Below are positions 1 to 10,152 of a stretch of DNA of 64,000 bases, piece by piece. The stretch is from Pseudomonadota bacterium (GTDB lineage: Bacteria; Pseudomonadota; Gammaproteobacteria; CALCKW01): the NCBI GenBank assembly GCA_039196715.1, contig JBCCUP010000008.1, positions 5,488 to 69,487 of the forward strand, read 5' to 3'. The notes beneath the pieces are model-generated. The model had not been told where the DNA came from, ran no database searches, and saw only the letters and a program-made list of their open reading frames with translations. The first letter of the stretch is position 1; each line of letters opens with the position of its first letter. The translations under genes were made by a program, and so were the position numbers.

Positions 1-628
1 CAGCTACGACATGGAAGGCGCGGTCAATTCGGCCGAAGCGGTTGAAGCGCTTGAGTTCTACAAGGAGTTCTACAAGACTGCCACCCCGCCGGGTTACACC
101 AACTCGTACATGGGCGAGTCGCTCGACGCGTTCAAGTCTGGTCAGGTGGCCATGGCGATGAACTGGTTTGCCTTCTTCCCCGGCCTCTATGCCGACCCCA
201 ACACCGGCGGTGACAAGATCGATTTCTTCGTCAACCCGCCGCAGAACGTGGCGGGCTCGACACTGGGCGGGCAGGGCATTTCGGTGGTGAGCTACTCCGA
301 CAAGCAGGACGCGGCACTCGAGTACATCAAGTGGTTTGCCGACCCGGCTGTGCAGGCGAAGTGGTGGGAACTCGGCGGCTACTCGGCGCACAACTCGGTG
401 CTGAACGACCCCGGCTTCCCCGCTAGCGCACCGTTCGCCGGTGACTTCCTCGACGCCATGGGCGCGGTCAAGGACTTCTGGCAGGAGCCGGCCTACGCCG
501 AACTGCTGTTGGCCATGCAGAAGCGCATTCACGACTACGTGGTGGCTGATCAGGGCACGGCCCAGGAAGCCCTCGACAAGTTGATCGAAGACTGGACCGA
601 AGTCTTCGAGGACGAAGGCAAGCTCTGA
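1..628 (+). CDS. ABC transporter substrate-binding protein (family-1 extracellular solute-binding, sugar/polyol type), C-terminal part; the 5' end lies outside the window
   Basis: ORF 11..628 stays open to the window edge. The translation has a typical family-1 SBP C-terminal region (FKSGQVAMAMNWFAFFPGLY, KWFADPAVQAKWWELGGY). It is followed by two permeases and two ATPases. Confidence 0.8.
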   Translation, partial: SYDMEGAVNSAEAVEALEFYKEFYKTATPPGYTNSYMGESLDAFKSGQVAMAMNWFAFFPGLYADPNTGGDKIDFFVNPPQNVAGSTLGGQGISVVSYSDKQDAALEYIKWFADPAVQAKWWELGGYSAHNSVLNDPGFPASAPFAGDFLDAMGAVKDFWQEPAYAELLLAMQKRIHDYVVADQGTAQEALDKLIEDWTEVFEDEGKL

Positions 629-638
629 CCGAGCGCGT

Positions 639-672
639 GTTGCCCGCCCCGATTCCCGGCGGGGCGGGCAAC
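639..672 (+). terminator. GC-rich hairpin (13-bp perfect stem GTTGCCCGCCCCG / CGGGGCGGGCAAC, 8-nt loop) immediately after the SBP stop; no U-tract follows
   Basis: Inverted repeat read directly from the sequence, 11 bp downstream of the stop at 628. It is a candidate attenuating terminator between the SBP and the permease genes. Confidence 0.4.
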
Positions 673-800
673 ACAGGCCACCCTGGCCATGGCACGACCC
701 GCGTCGCGACTCGCGCGACGCCTCCCGGCGGCGCTTGCCGCACTCGACCCCCAACATTTGGTGAGCTGGACCGGCTCGGTTCAGCCCTGGTTGTCTGATC

Positions 801-1748
801 ATGATTAACAGTTCGGTAGACCGCGCCGCGAAGGCGACGCCTCCCCCGTTTGCGCGGCGCGTGCGCGGACTCTCGGACCGCGCGATTGCCTGGATCTTCG
901 TTGCACCGACGATCTTCCTGCTGTTGGCGATCAACATCTTCCCGCTGATCTGGACGATCCAGCTCAGCTTCACCAACTACAAAGCCAACCGCATCGGCCG
1001 CGAGATAAAGGACGTGGGCTTGCGCAACTACGAGCGCATCCTCACCGACACCGACATCTGGCTGAACATGCAGGCGACGGCCCACTTCCTGTTCTGGACC
1101 ATCTTTTTTCAAGTCCTGATCGGTTTTACGCTCGCGTGGTTGATCAATCGGAAGTTCAAGGGCAACGACCTCTGGACCACGATCATCGTGTTGCCGATGA
1201 TGCTGTCGCCCGCGGTGGTCGGCAATTTCTGGAAGTTCCTCTACCAGCCGCAGATCGGGCTGTTCAACTACATCGTGACCTTCTTCACCGGTGGCGATGC
1301 CTCGAGTTTCGAGATGCTCGGCTCGGTGAACCTGGCGCCCTGGTCGATCGTCATCGTCGACACCTGGATGTGGACGCCGTTCGTGATGCTGATCTGCCTC
1401 GCCGGGTTGCGTTCGATACCGGATTACATCTACGAGGCAGCCGAGATCGACCGCGCGTCCAAACTCCGGCAGTTCTTCACCATCACCATCCCGATGGTGT
1501 TGCCCTTCCTGATGCTCGCGGTGCTGTTCCGCGGCATCGAGAACTTCAAGATGTTCGACCTGGTCGTGCAACTCACCGGGGGAGGGCCGGGTTCGATCAC
1601 CGAGTTGACGTCGATCAACCTCAAGCGTGAGGCCTTCGAGAAGTGGCGAACCGGCTACGCCAGTGCGTACGCGATCATTCTGTTTGTCACGGTGTTCGGG
1701 CTCGCCTCGATCTACGTCAAGGCGTTGAACAAGGTGAAAGAGCGATGA
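801..1748 (+). CDS. ABC transporter permease (MalF/UgpA-like, binding-protein-dependent inner membrane component)
   Basis: 315 aa and polytopic. The conserved EAA-type loop region reads EAAEIDRASKLRQFFTITIPMVLP. It sits after an SBP and before a second permease. Confidence 0.85.
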   Translation: MINSSVDRAAKATPPPFARRVRGLSDRAIAWIFVAPTIFLLLAINIFPLIWTIQLSFTNYKANRIGREIKDVGLRNYERILTDTDIWLNMQATAHFLFWTIFFQVLIGFTLAWLINRKFKGNDLWTTIIVLPMMLSPAVVGNFWKFLYQPQIGLFNYIVTFFTGGDASSFEMLGSVNLAPWSIVIVDTWMWTPFVMLICLAGLRSIPDYIYEAAEIDRASKLRQFFTITIPMVLPFLMLAVLFRGIENFKMFDLVVQLTGGGPGSITELTSINLKREAFEKWRTGYASAYAIILFVTVFGLASIYVKALNKVKER

Positions 1749-2683
1749 GCGGCTTCTCCGTCACAGAACCCACGCCGCGGTCGAAACGCATCGCAGCCAC
1801 CCTCGTGGTGCTCTACGCGCTGATCACGATGATCCCGCTCCTGTGGATTTTCATGACCGGCTTCAAGTCACCGTCGGATGCGATTGCGTACCCGCCGAAG
1901 GTGGTGTTCGACCCCACCCTCGAGGGCTACGTCAACCTCTTCACCACGCGCACCCGGCAAACCCAGGAGTACCTCGACGCCAACCCGCCTGAAACCTGGT
2001 ACGAGGAGATCGTGCGCCAGTACGACATGACCGTCGTCGGTCCCTCGAAATTCGGCGAGCGTTTCTTCAACTCGATCATCATCGGGTTCGGCTCGACGTT
2101 CCTCAGTGTGTTCCTTGGCACCCTGGCGGCCTACGCGTTCAGCCGTTTCCGCATTACCTTCGCCGATGACCTGCTGTTCTTCATCCTCTCGACGCGGATG
2201 ATGCCGCCGGTGGCGGTCGCGATACCGATCTTCCTGATGTACCGGCAACTCGGGTTGAGCGACACCCACCTCGGCATGATCCTCCTCTACACCGGCGTGA
2301 ACATCTCGCTCGCGGTCTGGCTGCTCAAGGGCTTCATCGACGAGATCCCGCGCGAGTACGAGGAGGCCGCGCTGATCGACGGCTACACGCGCTTCCAGGC
2401 GTTTTACAAGGTGGTTCTACCGCAGGCAGCGACCGGCATTGCCTCCACCGCGATCTTCTGCCTGATCTTCGCGTGGAATGAATACGCCTTCGCGGTGCTG
2501 TTGACGTCCGCCACTGCGCAGACCGCGCCACCGTTCATTCCGACGATTATCGGCGTCGGCGGCCTCGACTGGCCGGCGGTCGCGGCAGGCGCGACGATCT
2601 TCCTGCTGCCGGTCATGATCTTCACGATTCTGCTGCGCAAGCACCTGCTGCGCGGCATCACCTTCGGGGCGGTGCGCAAATGA
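1745..2683 (+). CDS. ABC transporter permease (MalG/UgpE-like)
   Basis: The ATG at 1745 overlaps the upstream stop (ATGA). The signature EEAALIDGYTRFQAFYKVVLPQA matches binding-protein-dependent transport permeases. The ORF-track start at 1643 is probably an upstream over-extension. Confidence 0.8.
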   Translation: MSGFSVTEPTPRSKRIAATLVVLYALITMIPLLWIFMTGFKSPSDAIAYPPKVVFDPTLEGYVNLFTTRTRQTQEYLDANPPETWYEEIVRQYDMTVVGPSKFGERFFNSIIIGFGSTFLSVFLGTLAAYAFSRFRITFADDLLFFILSTRMMPPVAVAIPIFLMYRQLGLSDTHLGMILLYTGVNISLAVWLLKGFIDEIPREYEEAALIDGYTRFQAFYKVVLPQAATGIASTAIFCLIFAWNEYAFAVLLTSATAQTAPPFIPTIIGVGGLDWPAVAAGATIFLLPVMIFTILLRKHLLRGITFGAVRK

Positions 2684-2868
2684 AGCGGTTTTTCAGAGAT
2701 CTGTTGCGGTTTCGGCGCGGCCCCTGGGAACTGGTTGCGTCCGTGCTCATCGGCCTGGGTGTCGTCATGCTGATGCAGCCCTTTTTCATGTGGGCTTTCA
2801 CCTGGTCCTTCATTGTCACGCTGACGGGAACGGTGATGTTCATCGTCGTCAGCCACTTTCCGGCGTAA
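2680..2868 (+). CDS. small two-TM membrane protein, DUF2160-like (as found in glycerol-type ABC uptake operons)
   Basis: 62 aa and hydrophobic. Its start overlaps the permease stop (ATGA). Its position between the permeases and the ATPases mirrors Rhizobium-type glycerol ABC operons. Confidence 0.55.
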   Translation: MKRFFRDLLRFRRGPWELVASVLIGLGVVMLMQPFFMWAFTWSFIVTLTGTVMFIVVSHFPA

Positions 2869-3046
2869 CTGTCCAATGAAAAAACGTAGCGAGGACGGTC
2901 AAGTGCAAGGAACGAGTAGCCGATACGGCGCACCGTCAGAGGACGAGACTTATCGCGTAGACAGGCTCGTTCCGAGCAACCGGTACGCCGGAGCGGAAGT
3001 GACGCGGCAATTGGCCGCCGCAGTCGTTTTTTTCGGGCAGTGAGAG

Positions 3047-4144
3047 ATGGCTGAGATCATTGTCAAGAACGTTCGCAAGCAATTCGACGACTTCGTCGCC
3101 GTGAAGGAGAGTTCCTTCACTGTTGACGACGGCGACTTCTTCATGCTGCTCGGGCCGTCGGGCTGCGGCAAGACCACGACGCTTCGTATGATTGCAGGCC
3201 TGGAACTTCCGACCGCTGGCCAGATCTTCCTCGACGGCGAGGAGATCGCGCAGAAGCCGCCGTCGCAGCGCGACATCGCGTTCGTGTTCCAGATGTTCGC
3301 GCTGTACCCGCACATGAACGTGCGCAAGAACATCTCCTACCCACTGGTCTCGCAGGGTATGGCGCGGGCCGATGTGCGGCGCAAAGTCGCCGAGGTGGCG
3401 GCTATCCTCGGCATCGAGGACATCCTCGATTCCCCCGTCGGCGGGCTCTCGGGCGGCGACCGACAGCGTGTGGCTCTCGGTCGTGCGATCGTGCGCGAGC
3501 CCAAGGCCTTCATGATGGACGAGCCACTCGGCGCCCTGGACGCGGAGTTTCGCGAACACATGGCGCAGGAGCTGCGGGCGCTGCACGACAGCATGGGTGC
3601 AACCACGGTGTACGTGACCCACGATCAGCTCGAAGCCATGCAGATGGGCGACAAGATCGTCGTGATGAACAACGCGGTGGTCGAGCAGTTCGGCACGCCA
3701 CGCGAAGTCTACGACACGCCCGCCACGTTGTTCGTCGCAAACTTCATCGGCTCGCCGTCGATGAACCTCCTGCCATTCAACGGTAACGTCTCGACCGGTG
3801 ATACCGAAGTGGCGCTGGCCGGCAGCACCCTGTCGGTACCGGAGGTGCGCGAGGCCGCGGCGGGTGAGCTGGTGCTCGGGGTGCGCCCGGAGCAGGTGCA
3901 GCTCACCGATTCGGGCGCTCTGCGCGGTGAGGTGATCACCACCGAATACCTCGGCACCACGCAGATCGTCACGGTGTCCACCGCACACGGGGAGCTCAAG
4001 GCGCGGGTCGGTTCAGACCGCGCTGTGCAGGTGGGAGACACCACCGGGCTCGCGATCAACGCGGAGACCGTGACGCTCTTCGACCAGGCATCGGGTCGAG
4101 CGTTGCGCTCGGCACTCAACGAGGACGTGTTAAGCCGTGGCTGA
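3047..4144 (+). CDS. ABC transporter ATP-binding protein (MalK/UgpC family) 1
   Basis: Walker A GPSGCGKTT, signature LSGGDRQRVALGRA, and a C-terminal TOBE-like regulatory domain. Confidence 0.9.
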   Translation: MAEIIVKNVRKQFDDFVAVKESSFTVDDGDFFMLLGPSGCGKTTTLRMIAGLELPTAGQIFLDGEEIAQKPPSQRDIAFVFQMFALYPHMNVRKNISYPLVSQGMARADVRRKVAEVAAILGIEDILDSPVGGLSGGDRQRVALGRAIVREPKAFMMDEPLGALDAEFREHMAQELRALHDSMGATTVYVTHDQLEAMQMGDKIVVMNNAVVEQFGTPREVYDTPATLFVANFIGSPSMNLLPFNGNVSTGDTEVALAGSTLSVPEVREAAAGELVLGVRPEQVQLTDSGALRGEVITTEYLGTTQIVTVSTAHGELKARVGSDRAVQVGDTTGLAINAETVTLFDQASGRALRSALNEDVLSRG

Positions 4145-5141
4145 AGTCAATTTACAAGGCGTGACCAAACGCTTCGGTGCCCAGCGCGGGGTCGAGGATG
4201 TCGACTTGCTTGTCGAGGACGGGTCCTTTGTCGTGTTGCTCGGCCCAACCGGCGCGGGCAAGACCACCACGCTGCGGTTGGTCGCGGGCCTCGAGAAGGC
4301 CGACGCGGGCACCGTCTCGATTGGCGGGCGAGAGGTCAACAGCGAGACGCCGGCCCAGCGCGACGTGGCCATGGTGTTTCAGCAGTACTCCCTCTACCCG
4401 CACATGTCGGTGCGCGACAACCTCGCCTTTCCGCTGCGCTCGCCGATCATGAACCTCGCTGAGGACGCGATCGCGCGCAAGGTGCAGGACATCGCCGAGG
4501 TGCTGCACATCTCGCACAAGCTCGACAACCGCGCCACCGCGCTTTCGGGCGGTGAGATGCAGCGCGTCTCGATCGGGCGCGCGCTGGTGCGCGACCCGTC
4601 GATCTACCTCATGGACGAACCGCTCAGCTCACTCGACGCCAAGTTGCGCGCCGAGTTGCGGGTCGAGCTCAAGCGCATCCACGCCGAGATGGCCGCGACA
4701 CTGCTCTATGTCACCCACGATCAGATCGAGGCGATGACCATGGCGAGCCAGATCGGCGTGCTCGATGAAGGTCGGCTCGTGCAGTTTGGCACGCCGCGAG
4801 ACATCTACGAAAACCCGCACACCGCGTACGTGGCGGCGCGGCTCGGTCAGCCGCGCATCAACCTGCTGCCGGCGGACCTGTTTGGTGCTGGCGCACCGGC
4901 GACAGCCTCGCAGATCGGGCTGCGCCCGGAGCATATCGTGCTGGGCAGCGGGCAGGCTGCGACGGTCGTCCGGGTCGAACACCTGGGTGACCAGACCCGC
5001 CTGCACCTGAAACTGGCCGAGCACGACATCGTGACGCTGGTCGACGCCGGCACCGCAGCCTCACCCGGCGACACCCTGCAGGTGTCCGCGTCCAACCCCC
5101 TGTACTTTGACGCGCACGGCGCGCGCGTCGCGACAGCATAG
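4137..5141 (+). CDS. ABC transporter ATP-binding protein (MalK/UgpC family) 2
   Basis: The GTG start overlaps the upstream stop. Walker A GPTGAGKTT and signature LSGGEMQRVSIGRA. Two ATPase genes per transporter is characteristic of glycerol-type importers. Confidence 0.9.
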   Translation: MAEVNLQGVTKRFGAQRGVEDVDLLVEDGSFVVLLGPTGAGKTTTLRLVAGLEKADAGTVSIGGREVNSETPAQRDVAMVFQQYSLYPHMSVRDNLAFPLRSPIMNLAEDAIARKVQDIAEVLHISHKLDNRATALSGGEMQRVSIGRALVRDPSIYLMDEPLSSLDAKLRAELRVELKRIHAEMAATLLYVTHDQIEAMTMASQIGVLDEGRLVQFGTPRDIYENPHTAYVAARLGQPRINLLPADLFGAGAPATASQIGLRPEHIVLGSGQAATVVRVEHLGDQTRLHLKLAEHDIVTLVDAGTAASPGDTLQVSASNPLYFDAHGARVATA

Positions 5142-5154
5142 GAGACAAGCAACC

Positions 5155-6777
5155 ATGGCGCACTTTACCGACAACAAGGAAGATCTGGTCAAACAAGCCA
5201 TCGACGGTGTCGTGGCGTGTTCGGGTGGCAGCCTCGCGCGGCTGGACGGCTACCCGCACATCAAGGTGGTGTACCGCAACGACTGGGACGCAAGCCGGGT
5301 CGCGCTGATCTCCGGTGGTGGCTCCGGGCACGAGCCGGCACACGCGGGCTTCGTCGGCCCGGGCATGTTGACCGCGGCGGTCTGCGGTGAAGTGTTCGCG
5401 TCGCCCTCGGTCGAGGCGGTGCTCGCCGGCATCCTCGCCGTCACTGGCGAGTCGGGCTGCTTGCTGATTGTCAAGAACTACACGGGCGATCGTCTGAACT
5501 TCGGCCTTGCCGCGGAGCGCGCGCGGGCGCTCGGTCGTAAAGTCGAGATGGTGGTGGTCGACGACGACATCGCGCTGCCGGAGTTGCCGCAGCCACGGGG
5601 CGTCGCGGGCACCTTGTTTGTGCACAAGGTTGCCGGTGCACTCGCCGAAGCCGGCAAGGACCTCAGCGAAGTCGCACAAGCGGCTCGCTCGGTGATCGCG
5701 CGCGTCGCGTCGATCGGCATGAGCCTCGACACCTGCACGGTGCCGGGCTCGCCGAAGGAAGACCGCATTGCGCCTGGCAAGGCGGAGCTCGGGCTTGGCA
5801 TACACGGTGAGCCCGGTGTCGAGCAGGTGGATTTCTCGACCGCCTCGGCCGCCATGGGCATGGTCGTCGACAAGCTCAAGGCGGCGGCCGGCGGCGAGCC
5901 GAAGGTCTGCCTGCTGAACAACCTCGGCTCGACCACGCCGCTCGAGATGGCCGTGCTCGCGCAGGCGCTGACCGCCTCCGGTATGGCCTCGCACATCATC
6001 GGACCGGCGCCGATGATGACCTCGCTCGACATGCATGGGTTCTCGGTGTCGGTGCTCGACGCGTCCGAGGCGGAACGCGAGGCGCTGGTCGCTCCGGTGA
6101 CGCTCGCCGCCTGGCCCGGCATGCACACGGTGACTGACCCGGTCGTCGCGCCACTGCCTGACGGCTTGACCCCGATCGAACCGATCCCGTCCAGCAACGC
6201 ACGCACCCGCGCCATCCTCGAAAGCGTGTCGGACCTCCTGATCGGTGCCGAGGGCAAGCTCAACGAACTCGACGCCAAATCCGGCGACGGCGACACCGGC
6301 AGCACGCTGGCCACCGCCGCCCGTGCGCTGAAGGACAGCCTGGACCGGATGCCGCTGGCTGACCTCACGCAGCTCTTCCCGGCGCTTGGCAACGAACTCA
6401 GCCAGACCATGGGCGGCTCGTCCGGTGTGATCCTCGCGATCTACTTCAACGCTGCGGGCGACGCCTGCGCGGGCGGTGCGCCGGTTGAACAGGCGCTGGT
6501 CGAAGGCCTCGAGCGTGTCAGTCAGGTGGGCGGCGCAACCGTCGGCGACCGCACCATGATCGACGCCCTGTCGCCGGCACTCGCCGCGCTTTCCGACGGC
6601 ATTGTGGCGGCAGCAGCGGCGGCGCGCACCGGCGCCGACAGCACGGCAGGTATCCACCGGGCGAAGGCGGGCCGGGCAGCCTACGTGCCGGAGGAAAACC
6701 TCAAGGGCCACAACGACCCGGGCGCTGAAGCAGTGGCCATTCTGTTCGAAGGTCTGGCTGCCGAGATGGGCGCCTGA
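5155..6777 (+). CDS. dak: dihydroxyacetone kinase, ATP-dependent, fused DhaK-DhaL (Dak1+Dak2)
   Basis: A GGAGA RBS lies 9 nt upstream of the ATG at 5155. The Dak1 motif SGGGSGHEPAHAGFVG is present, and the C-terminal Dak2 domain has DGDTG. Confidence 0.85.
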   Translation: MAHFTDNKEDLVKQAIDGVVACSGGSLARLDGYPHIKVVYRNDWDASRVALISGGGSGHEPAHAGFVGPGMLTAAVCGEVFASPSVEAVLAGILAVTGESGCLLIVKNYTGDRLNFGLAAERARALGRKVEMVVVDDDIALPELPQPRGVAGTLFVHKVAGALAEAGKDLSEVAQAARSVIARVASIGMSLDTCTVPGSPKEDRIAPGKAELGLGIHGEPGVEQVDFSTASAAMGMVVDKLKAAAGGEPKVCLLNNLGSTTPLEMAVLAQALTASGMASHIIGPAPMMTSLDMHGFSVSVLDASEAEREALVAPVTLAAWPGMHTVTDPVVAPLPDGLTPIEPIPSSNARTRAILESVSDLLIGAEGKLNELDAKSGDGDTGSTLATAARALKDSLDRMPLADLTQLFPALGNELSQTMGGSSGVILAIYFNAAGDACAGGAPVEQALVEGLERVSQVGGATVGDRTMIDALSPALAALSDGIVAAAAAARTGADSTAGIHRAKAGRAAYVPEENLKGHNDPGAEAVAILFEGLAAEMGA

Positions 6778-6784
6778 CACACCC

Positions 6785-7846
6785 GTGGACAAGTCGCGCC
6801 CACAGGACCTGACCAAGCCCACCGTGAACGACATAGCGCGGGTGGCGGGGGTCAGTCTTGCGACGGTTGACCGGGTGCTCAACGGCCGCCGCGGCGTGCG
6901 CACGCTGACCATTGAAAAGGTCAACAAGGCCATCGATGAGCTCGGCTACGTGCGCGACACTGCCGCGGCAAACCTCGCGCGGCAGAAGACCTACCGCTTT
7001 GTCTTCGTGTTGCCGAACTGGAAGGGGCAGTTTCTCGCAAGCCTGGAGAAGGGTATCGCCGAGACCGTGGTCAGTGCGCGACACGACCGCACCGAGATCC
7101 GCACCATCCGCGTGCCGAACCACGACCACACGGTCCTGGCACGCACCCTGGCCGAGCTCGACGAGAGCGAGATCGACGGCCTCGCGATCATGGCAAAGGA
7201 AACGCCGCTGGTGCGCGACGCGATCGCGAATCTGCGCCGCCGTGGCGTGCCGGTGGTGTCACTGGTGTCCGATCAACCCAACTCGGACCGCGACCACTTT
7301 GTCGGCATCGACAACGTTGCTGCCGGGCGCACGGCCGGCACCTTGCTCGGGCGGTTCACCGGCGGCCAGCACGGCAAGGTGATAGTCGTGATCACCACCA
7401 AACAATCGCGCGACATGATCGAGCGGCGGCTCGGTTTCGACGAGGTGGTCAGTGCGCAGTACCCGCACCTCGCGCCGCTGCCGAGTCTCGAGGGTCAGGA
7501 CGAGCCGGCGCACACCGAGAGGGTCACACGCCGCGCGCTCGAGCAGAACCCGGACACCATCGGCATCTACTCGGTGGGCGCGAGCGTGCAGGGCATCGCG
7601 CGCGCGATCGCGGCGTCGGGTCTGCCGCGGCGGCCGGTGCTGATCGACCACGAGTTGACGGAAAACTCCGCCGCATTGTTGCGCGACGGCACGATCGACG
7701 CCGTCATCACCCAGAACCCCGGTCACCTGGCCCGCAGCGCCTTGCGCGTGTTGCGGGCCAAGTGCGACCACACCCCCGTCATCAAATCGCAGGAAACCAT
7801 CCGGATCGACATCGTCATCCGGGAGAACCTGCCCTCCATGGACTGA
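6785..7846 (+). CDS. LacI family transcriptional regulator
   Basis: N-terminal HTH TVNDIARVAGVSLATVDRVLNG, followed by a periplasmic-binding-fold effector domain. The start is taken as GTG 6785; the ORF-track M at 6602 overlaps dak and was rejected. Confidence 0.7.
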   Translation: MDKSRPQDLTKPTVNDIARVAGVSLATVDRVLNGRRGVRTLTIEKVNKAIDELGYVRDTAAANLARQKTYRFVFVLPNWKGQFLASLEKGIAETVVSARHDRTEIRTIRVPNHDHTVLARTLAELDESEIDGLAIMAKETPLVRDAIANLRRRGVPVVSLVSDQPNSDRDHFVGIDNVAAGRTAGTLLGRFTGGQHGKVIVVITTKQSRDMIERRLGFDEVVSAQYPHLAPLPSLEGQDEPAHTERVTRRALEQNPDTIGIYSVGASVQGIARAIAASGLPRRPVLIDHELTENSAALLRDGTIDAVITQNPGHLARSALRVLRAKCDHTPVIKSQETIRIDIVIRENLPSMD

Positions 7847-7862
7847 CTCAGGAGACGCTGTC

Positions 7863-8918
7863 GTGAAAACCATCAAAGGACCCGCGCTGTTTCTGGCGCA
7901 ATTCGCGGGCGATGACGCGCCCTTCAACTCGTGGGACGCGATCACCAAGTGGGCGGCCGATTGTGGCTACAAAGGTGTGCAGGTGCCCTCGTGGGACGGG
8001 CGCCTGTTCGATCTCGCAACCGCCGCCGAGAGCAAAGACTACTGCGACACCTTCAAGGGGCAGGCGGCTGAGAACGGCATCGAAGTGACCGAACTCTCGA
8101 CCCACCTGCAAGGGCAGCTCGTCGCCGTGCACCCGGCCTACGACACCGCCTTCGACGGCTTCGCCGACCCGTCGGTCCACGGCGACCCGAAAGCGCGACA
8201 GGCCTGGGCGGTCGATCAGGTCATGAAGGCGATTTCAGCCTCAGCCAACCTTGGCATAAAAGACCACGTGAGCTTCTCGGGCGCGCTGGCCTGGCCCTAC
8301 GTCTACCCGTGGCCGCAACGCCCGGCCGGCCTGGTGGAAACCGCGTTTGATGAACTTGCGAAACGCTGGCGCCCGATCCTCGACCACGCCGACGCCAACG
8401 ACGTGAACATCTGCTACGAGATCCACCCGGGCGAAGACCTGCACGACGGCGTCACCTTCGAGATGTTCCTCGAGCGTGTCGACAACCACGCGCGCTGCAA
8501 TATGCTCTACGACCCGAGCCACTACGTGCTGCAGTGCCTCGACTACCTCGACAACATCGACATCTACAAGGATCGCATCAAGATGTTTCACGTCAAGGAC
8601 GCCGAGTTCAACCCGACCGGCCGTCAAGGCGTGTACTCGGGCTACCAGCCCTGGGTGGACCGGGCCGGGCGCTTCCGCAGCCTCGGCGACGGCCAGGTGG
8701 ATTTCGCTGCGGTGTTCTCGAAGATGGCGGCCAACGACTTCGACGGCTGGGCGGTGGTCGAGTGGGAGTGCTGCCTCAAGCACCCCGAGGACGGCGCGCG
8801 TGTGGGGGCGGCGTTTGTCAGCGACCACATCATCCGCGTGACGGAACGGGCCTTCGATGATTTCGCCGACGGCGGCGCGGACGACGCGGCCAACCGCGCC
8901 ATGCTGGGGATCGACTGA
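7863..8918 (+). CDS. sugar phosphate isomerase/epimerase (xylose isomerase-like TIM barrel)
   Basis: 351 aa with a GTG start. This family is typically paired with a Gfo/Idh/MocA oxidoreductase, and the next gene overlaps it (TGATG). Confidence 0.7.
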   Translation: MKTIKGPALFLAQFAGDDAPFNSWDAITKWAADCGYKGVQVPSWDGRLFDLATAAESKDYCDTFKGQAAENGIEVTELSTHLQGQLVAVHPAYDTAFDGFADPSVHGDPKARQAWAVDQVMKAISASANLGIKDHVSFSGALAWPYVYPWPQRPAGLVETAFDELAKRWRPILDHADANDVNICYEIHPGEDLHDGVTFEMFLERVDNHARCNMLYDPSHYVLQCLDYLDNIDIYKDRIKMFHVKDAEFNPTGRQGVYSGYQPWVDRAGRFRSLGDGQVDFAAVFSKMAANDFDGWAVVEWECCLKHPEDGARVGAAFVSDHIIRVTERAFDDFADGGADDAANRAMLGID

Positions 8919-10048
8919 TGGCGCGCATCAAACTGGGTATGGTCGGCGGCGGCAACGACGCCTTTATCGGTGCGGTGCACCGCATCGCAGCGCGGATCGA
9001 CGACAAGTACGAGCTGGTGGCCGGTGCGCTGAGTTCCACGCCGGAAAAGTCGCGGGTGAGCGGCGAGGCGCTTGGCCTCGAGCGGGTCTACGACGACTTT
9101 CAGCAGATGGCCGAGGCCGAGGCAGCGCGCGACGACGGCGTCGAAGCCGTGTCGATTGTCACGCCGAACCACGTGCATTGCGCAGCGGCCGTTGCGTTTC
9201 TGGAGAAGGGCATTCACGTCATCTGCGACAAGCCGCTCACCTCGACCCTTGACGACGCGCACACGCTGGTTGCAGCGGCCGAAGCCTCCGACGCGCTCTT
9301 CGTGCTCACGCACAACTACACCGGCTACCCGATGGTGCGGCACGCGCGCGAGATGGTCGTGAACGGCGACATTGGCGCGATCCGCGTGGTGCAAGTCGAG
9401 TACCCGCAGGACTGGCTGACCGTCGAGCAGGACTTCAAGCAGGCGCTCTGGCGCACCGACCCGAACCAGTCGGGCGCCGGCGGTTCGACCGGCGATATCG
9501 GCACCCACGCGTTCAACCTCGCCTGTTTCATCACCGGGCTCGAGGTCGAATCGCTCGCGGCCGACATCCAGGCCTTCGTGCCCGGGCGCCGCGTGGACGA
9601 TAACGCCCACGTGCTGCTTCGCTTCAACGGCGGTGCCCGCGGCATGCTGTGGTCGAGCCAGGTGGCACCGGGCAACGAGAACGCCTTGCGCATCCGCGTG
9701 TACGGCGAAACTGGCGGGCTCGAGTGGGCGCAGGAAGACCCGAATTACCTGCACTACACGCCCTTTGGTGAACCCAAGCGGCTGATCACGCGCAACGGCG
9801 CGGGTGCCGGCGATGCCGCGGCGCGCGTGAGCCGCGTACCACCTGGCCACCCGGAGGGTTACCTCGAGGGCTTTGCCAACCTCTACACCGAGGCGGCATC
9901 GGCCATCGAGGCGGCGCGATCTGGTGGGGCGCTCGCGAGCGATGTGGTCTTCCCGACGGTGCAGGACGGCTTGCGCGGCGTGCAGTTCGTCGCCGCCTGC
10001 GTCGCGTCCTCATCGCAAAACGCGGCGTGGGTGTCACTGGATCGGTGA
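8918..10048 (+). CDS. Gfo/Idh/MocA family NAD(P)-dependent oxidoreductase
   Basis: N-terminal Rossmann motif KLGMVGGGNDAFIGAVH and typical length of 376 aa. Confidence 0.85.
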   Translation: MARIKLGMVGGGNDAFIGAVHRIAARIDDKYELVAGALSSTPEKSRVSGEALGLERVYDDFQQMAEAEAARDDGVEAVSIVTPNHVHCAAAVAFLEKGIHVICDKPLTSTLDDAHTLVAAAEASDALFVLTHNYTGYPMVRHAREMVVNGDIGAIRVVQVEYPQDWLTVEQDFKQALWRTDPNQSGAGGSTGDIGTHAFNLACFITGLEVESLAADIQAFVPGRRVDDNAHVLLRFNGGARGMLWSSQVAPGNENALRIRVYGETGGLEWAQEDPNYLHYTPFGEPKRLITRNGAGAGDAAARVSRVPPGHPEGYLEGFANLYTEAASAIEAARSGGALASDVVFPTVQDGLRGVQFVAACVASSSQNAAWVSLDR

Positions 10049-10152
10049 ACCGCGCCGGGCGGCGAGGGCCGGTGCTTCAGATCAACCGTTGCCGGCGTCG
10101 GGCCTGTATCAGCAGGCCCAACCCGGCAACACGCACAGGAGGTGTGGGTTGA

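Noticed and set aside
468-1571. 367-aa minus-strand ORF antisense to the SBP and permease genes
   Set aside because: Arg/Pro/Ala-rich low-complexity translation, typical of spurious antisense ORFs in GC-rich DNA. It fully overlaps well-supported transporter genes.
4858-6933. 691-aa minus-strand ORF antisense to dak
   Set aside because: Low-complexity (R/A/G-rich) with no recognisable domain. The opposite strand encodes a clearly conserved DhaK/DhaL protein.
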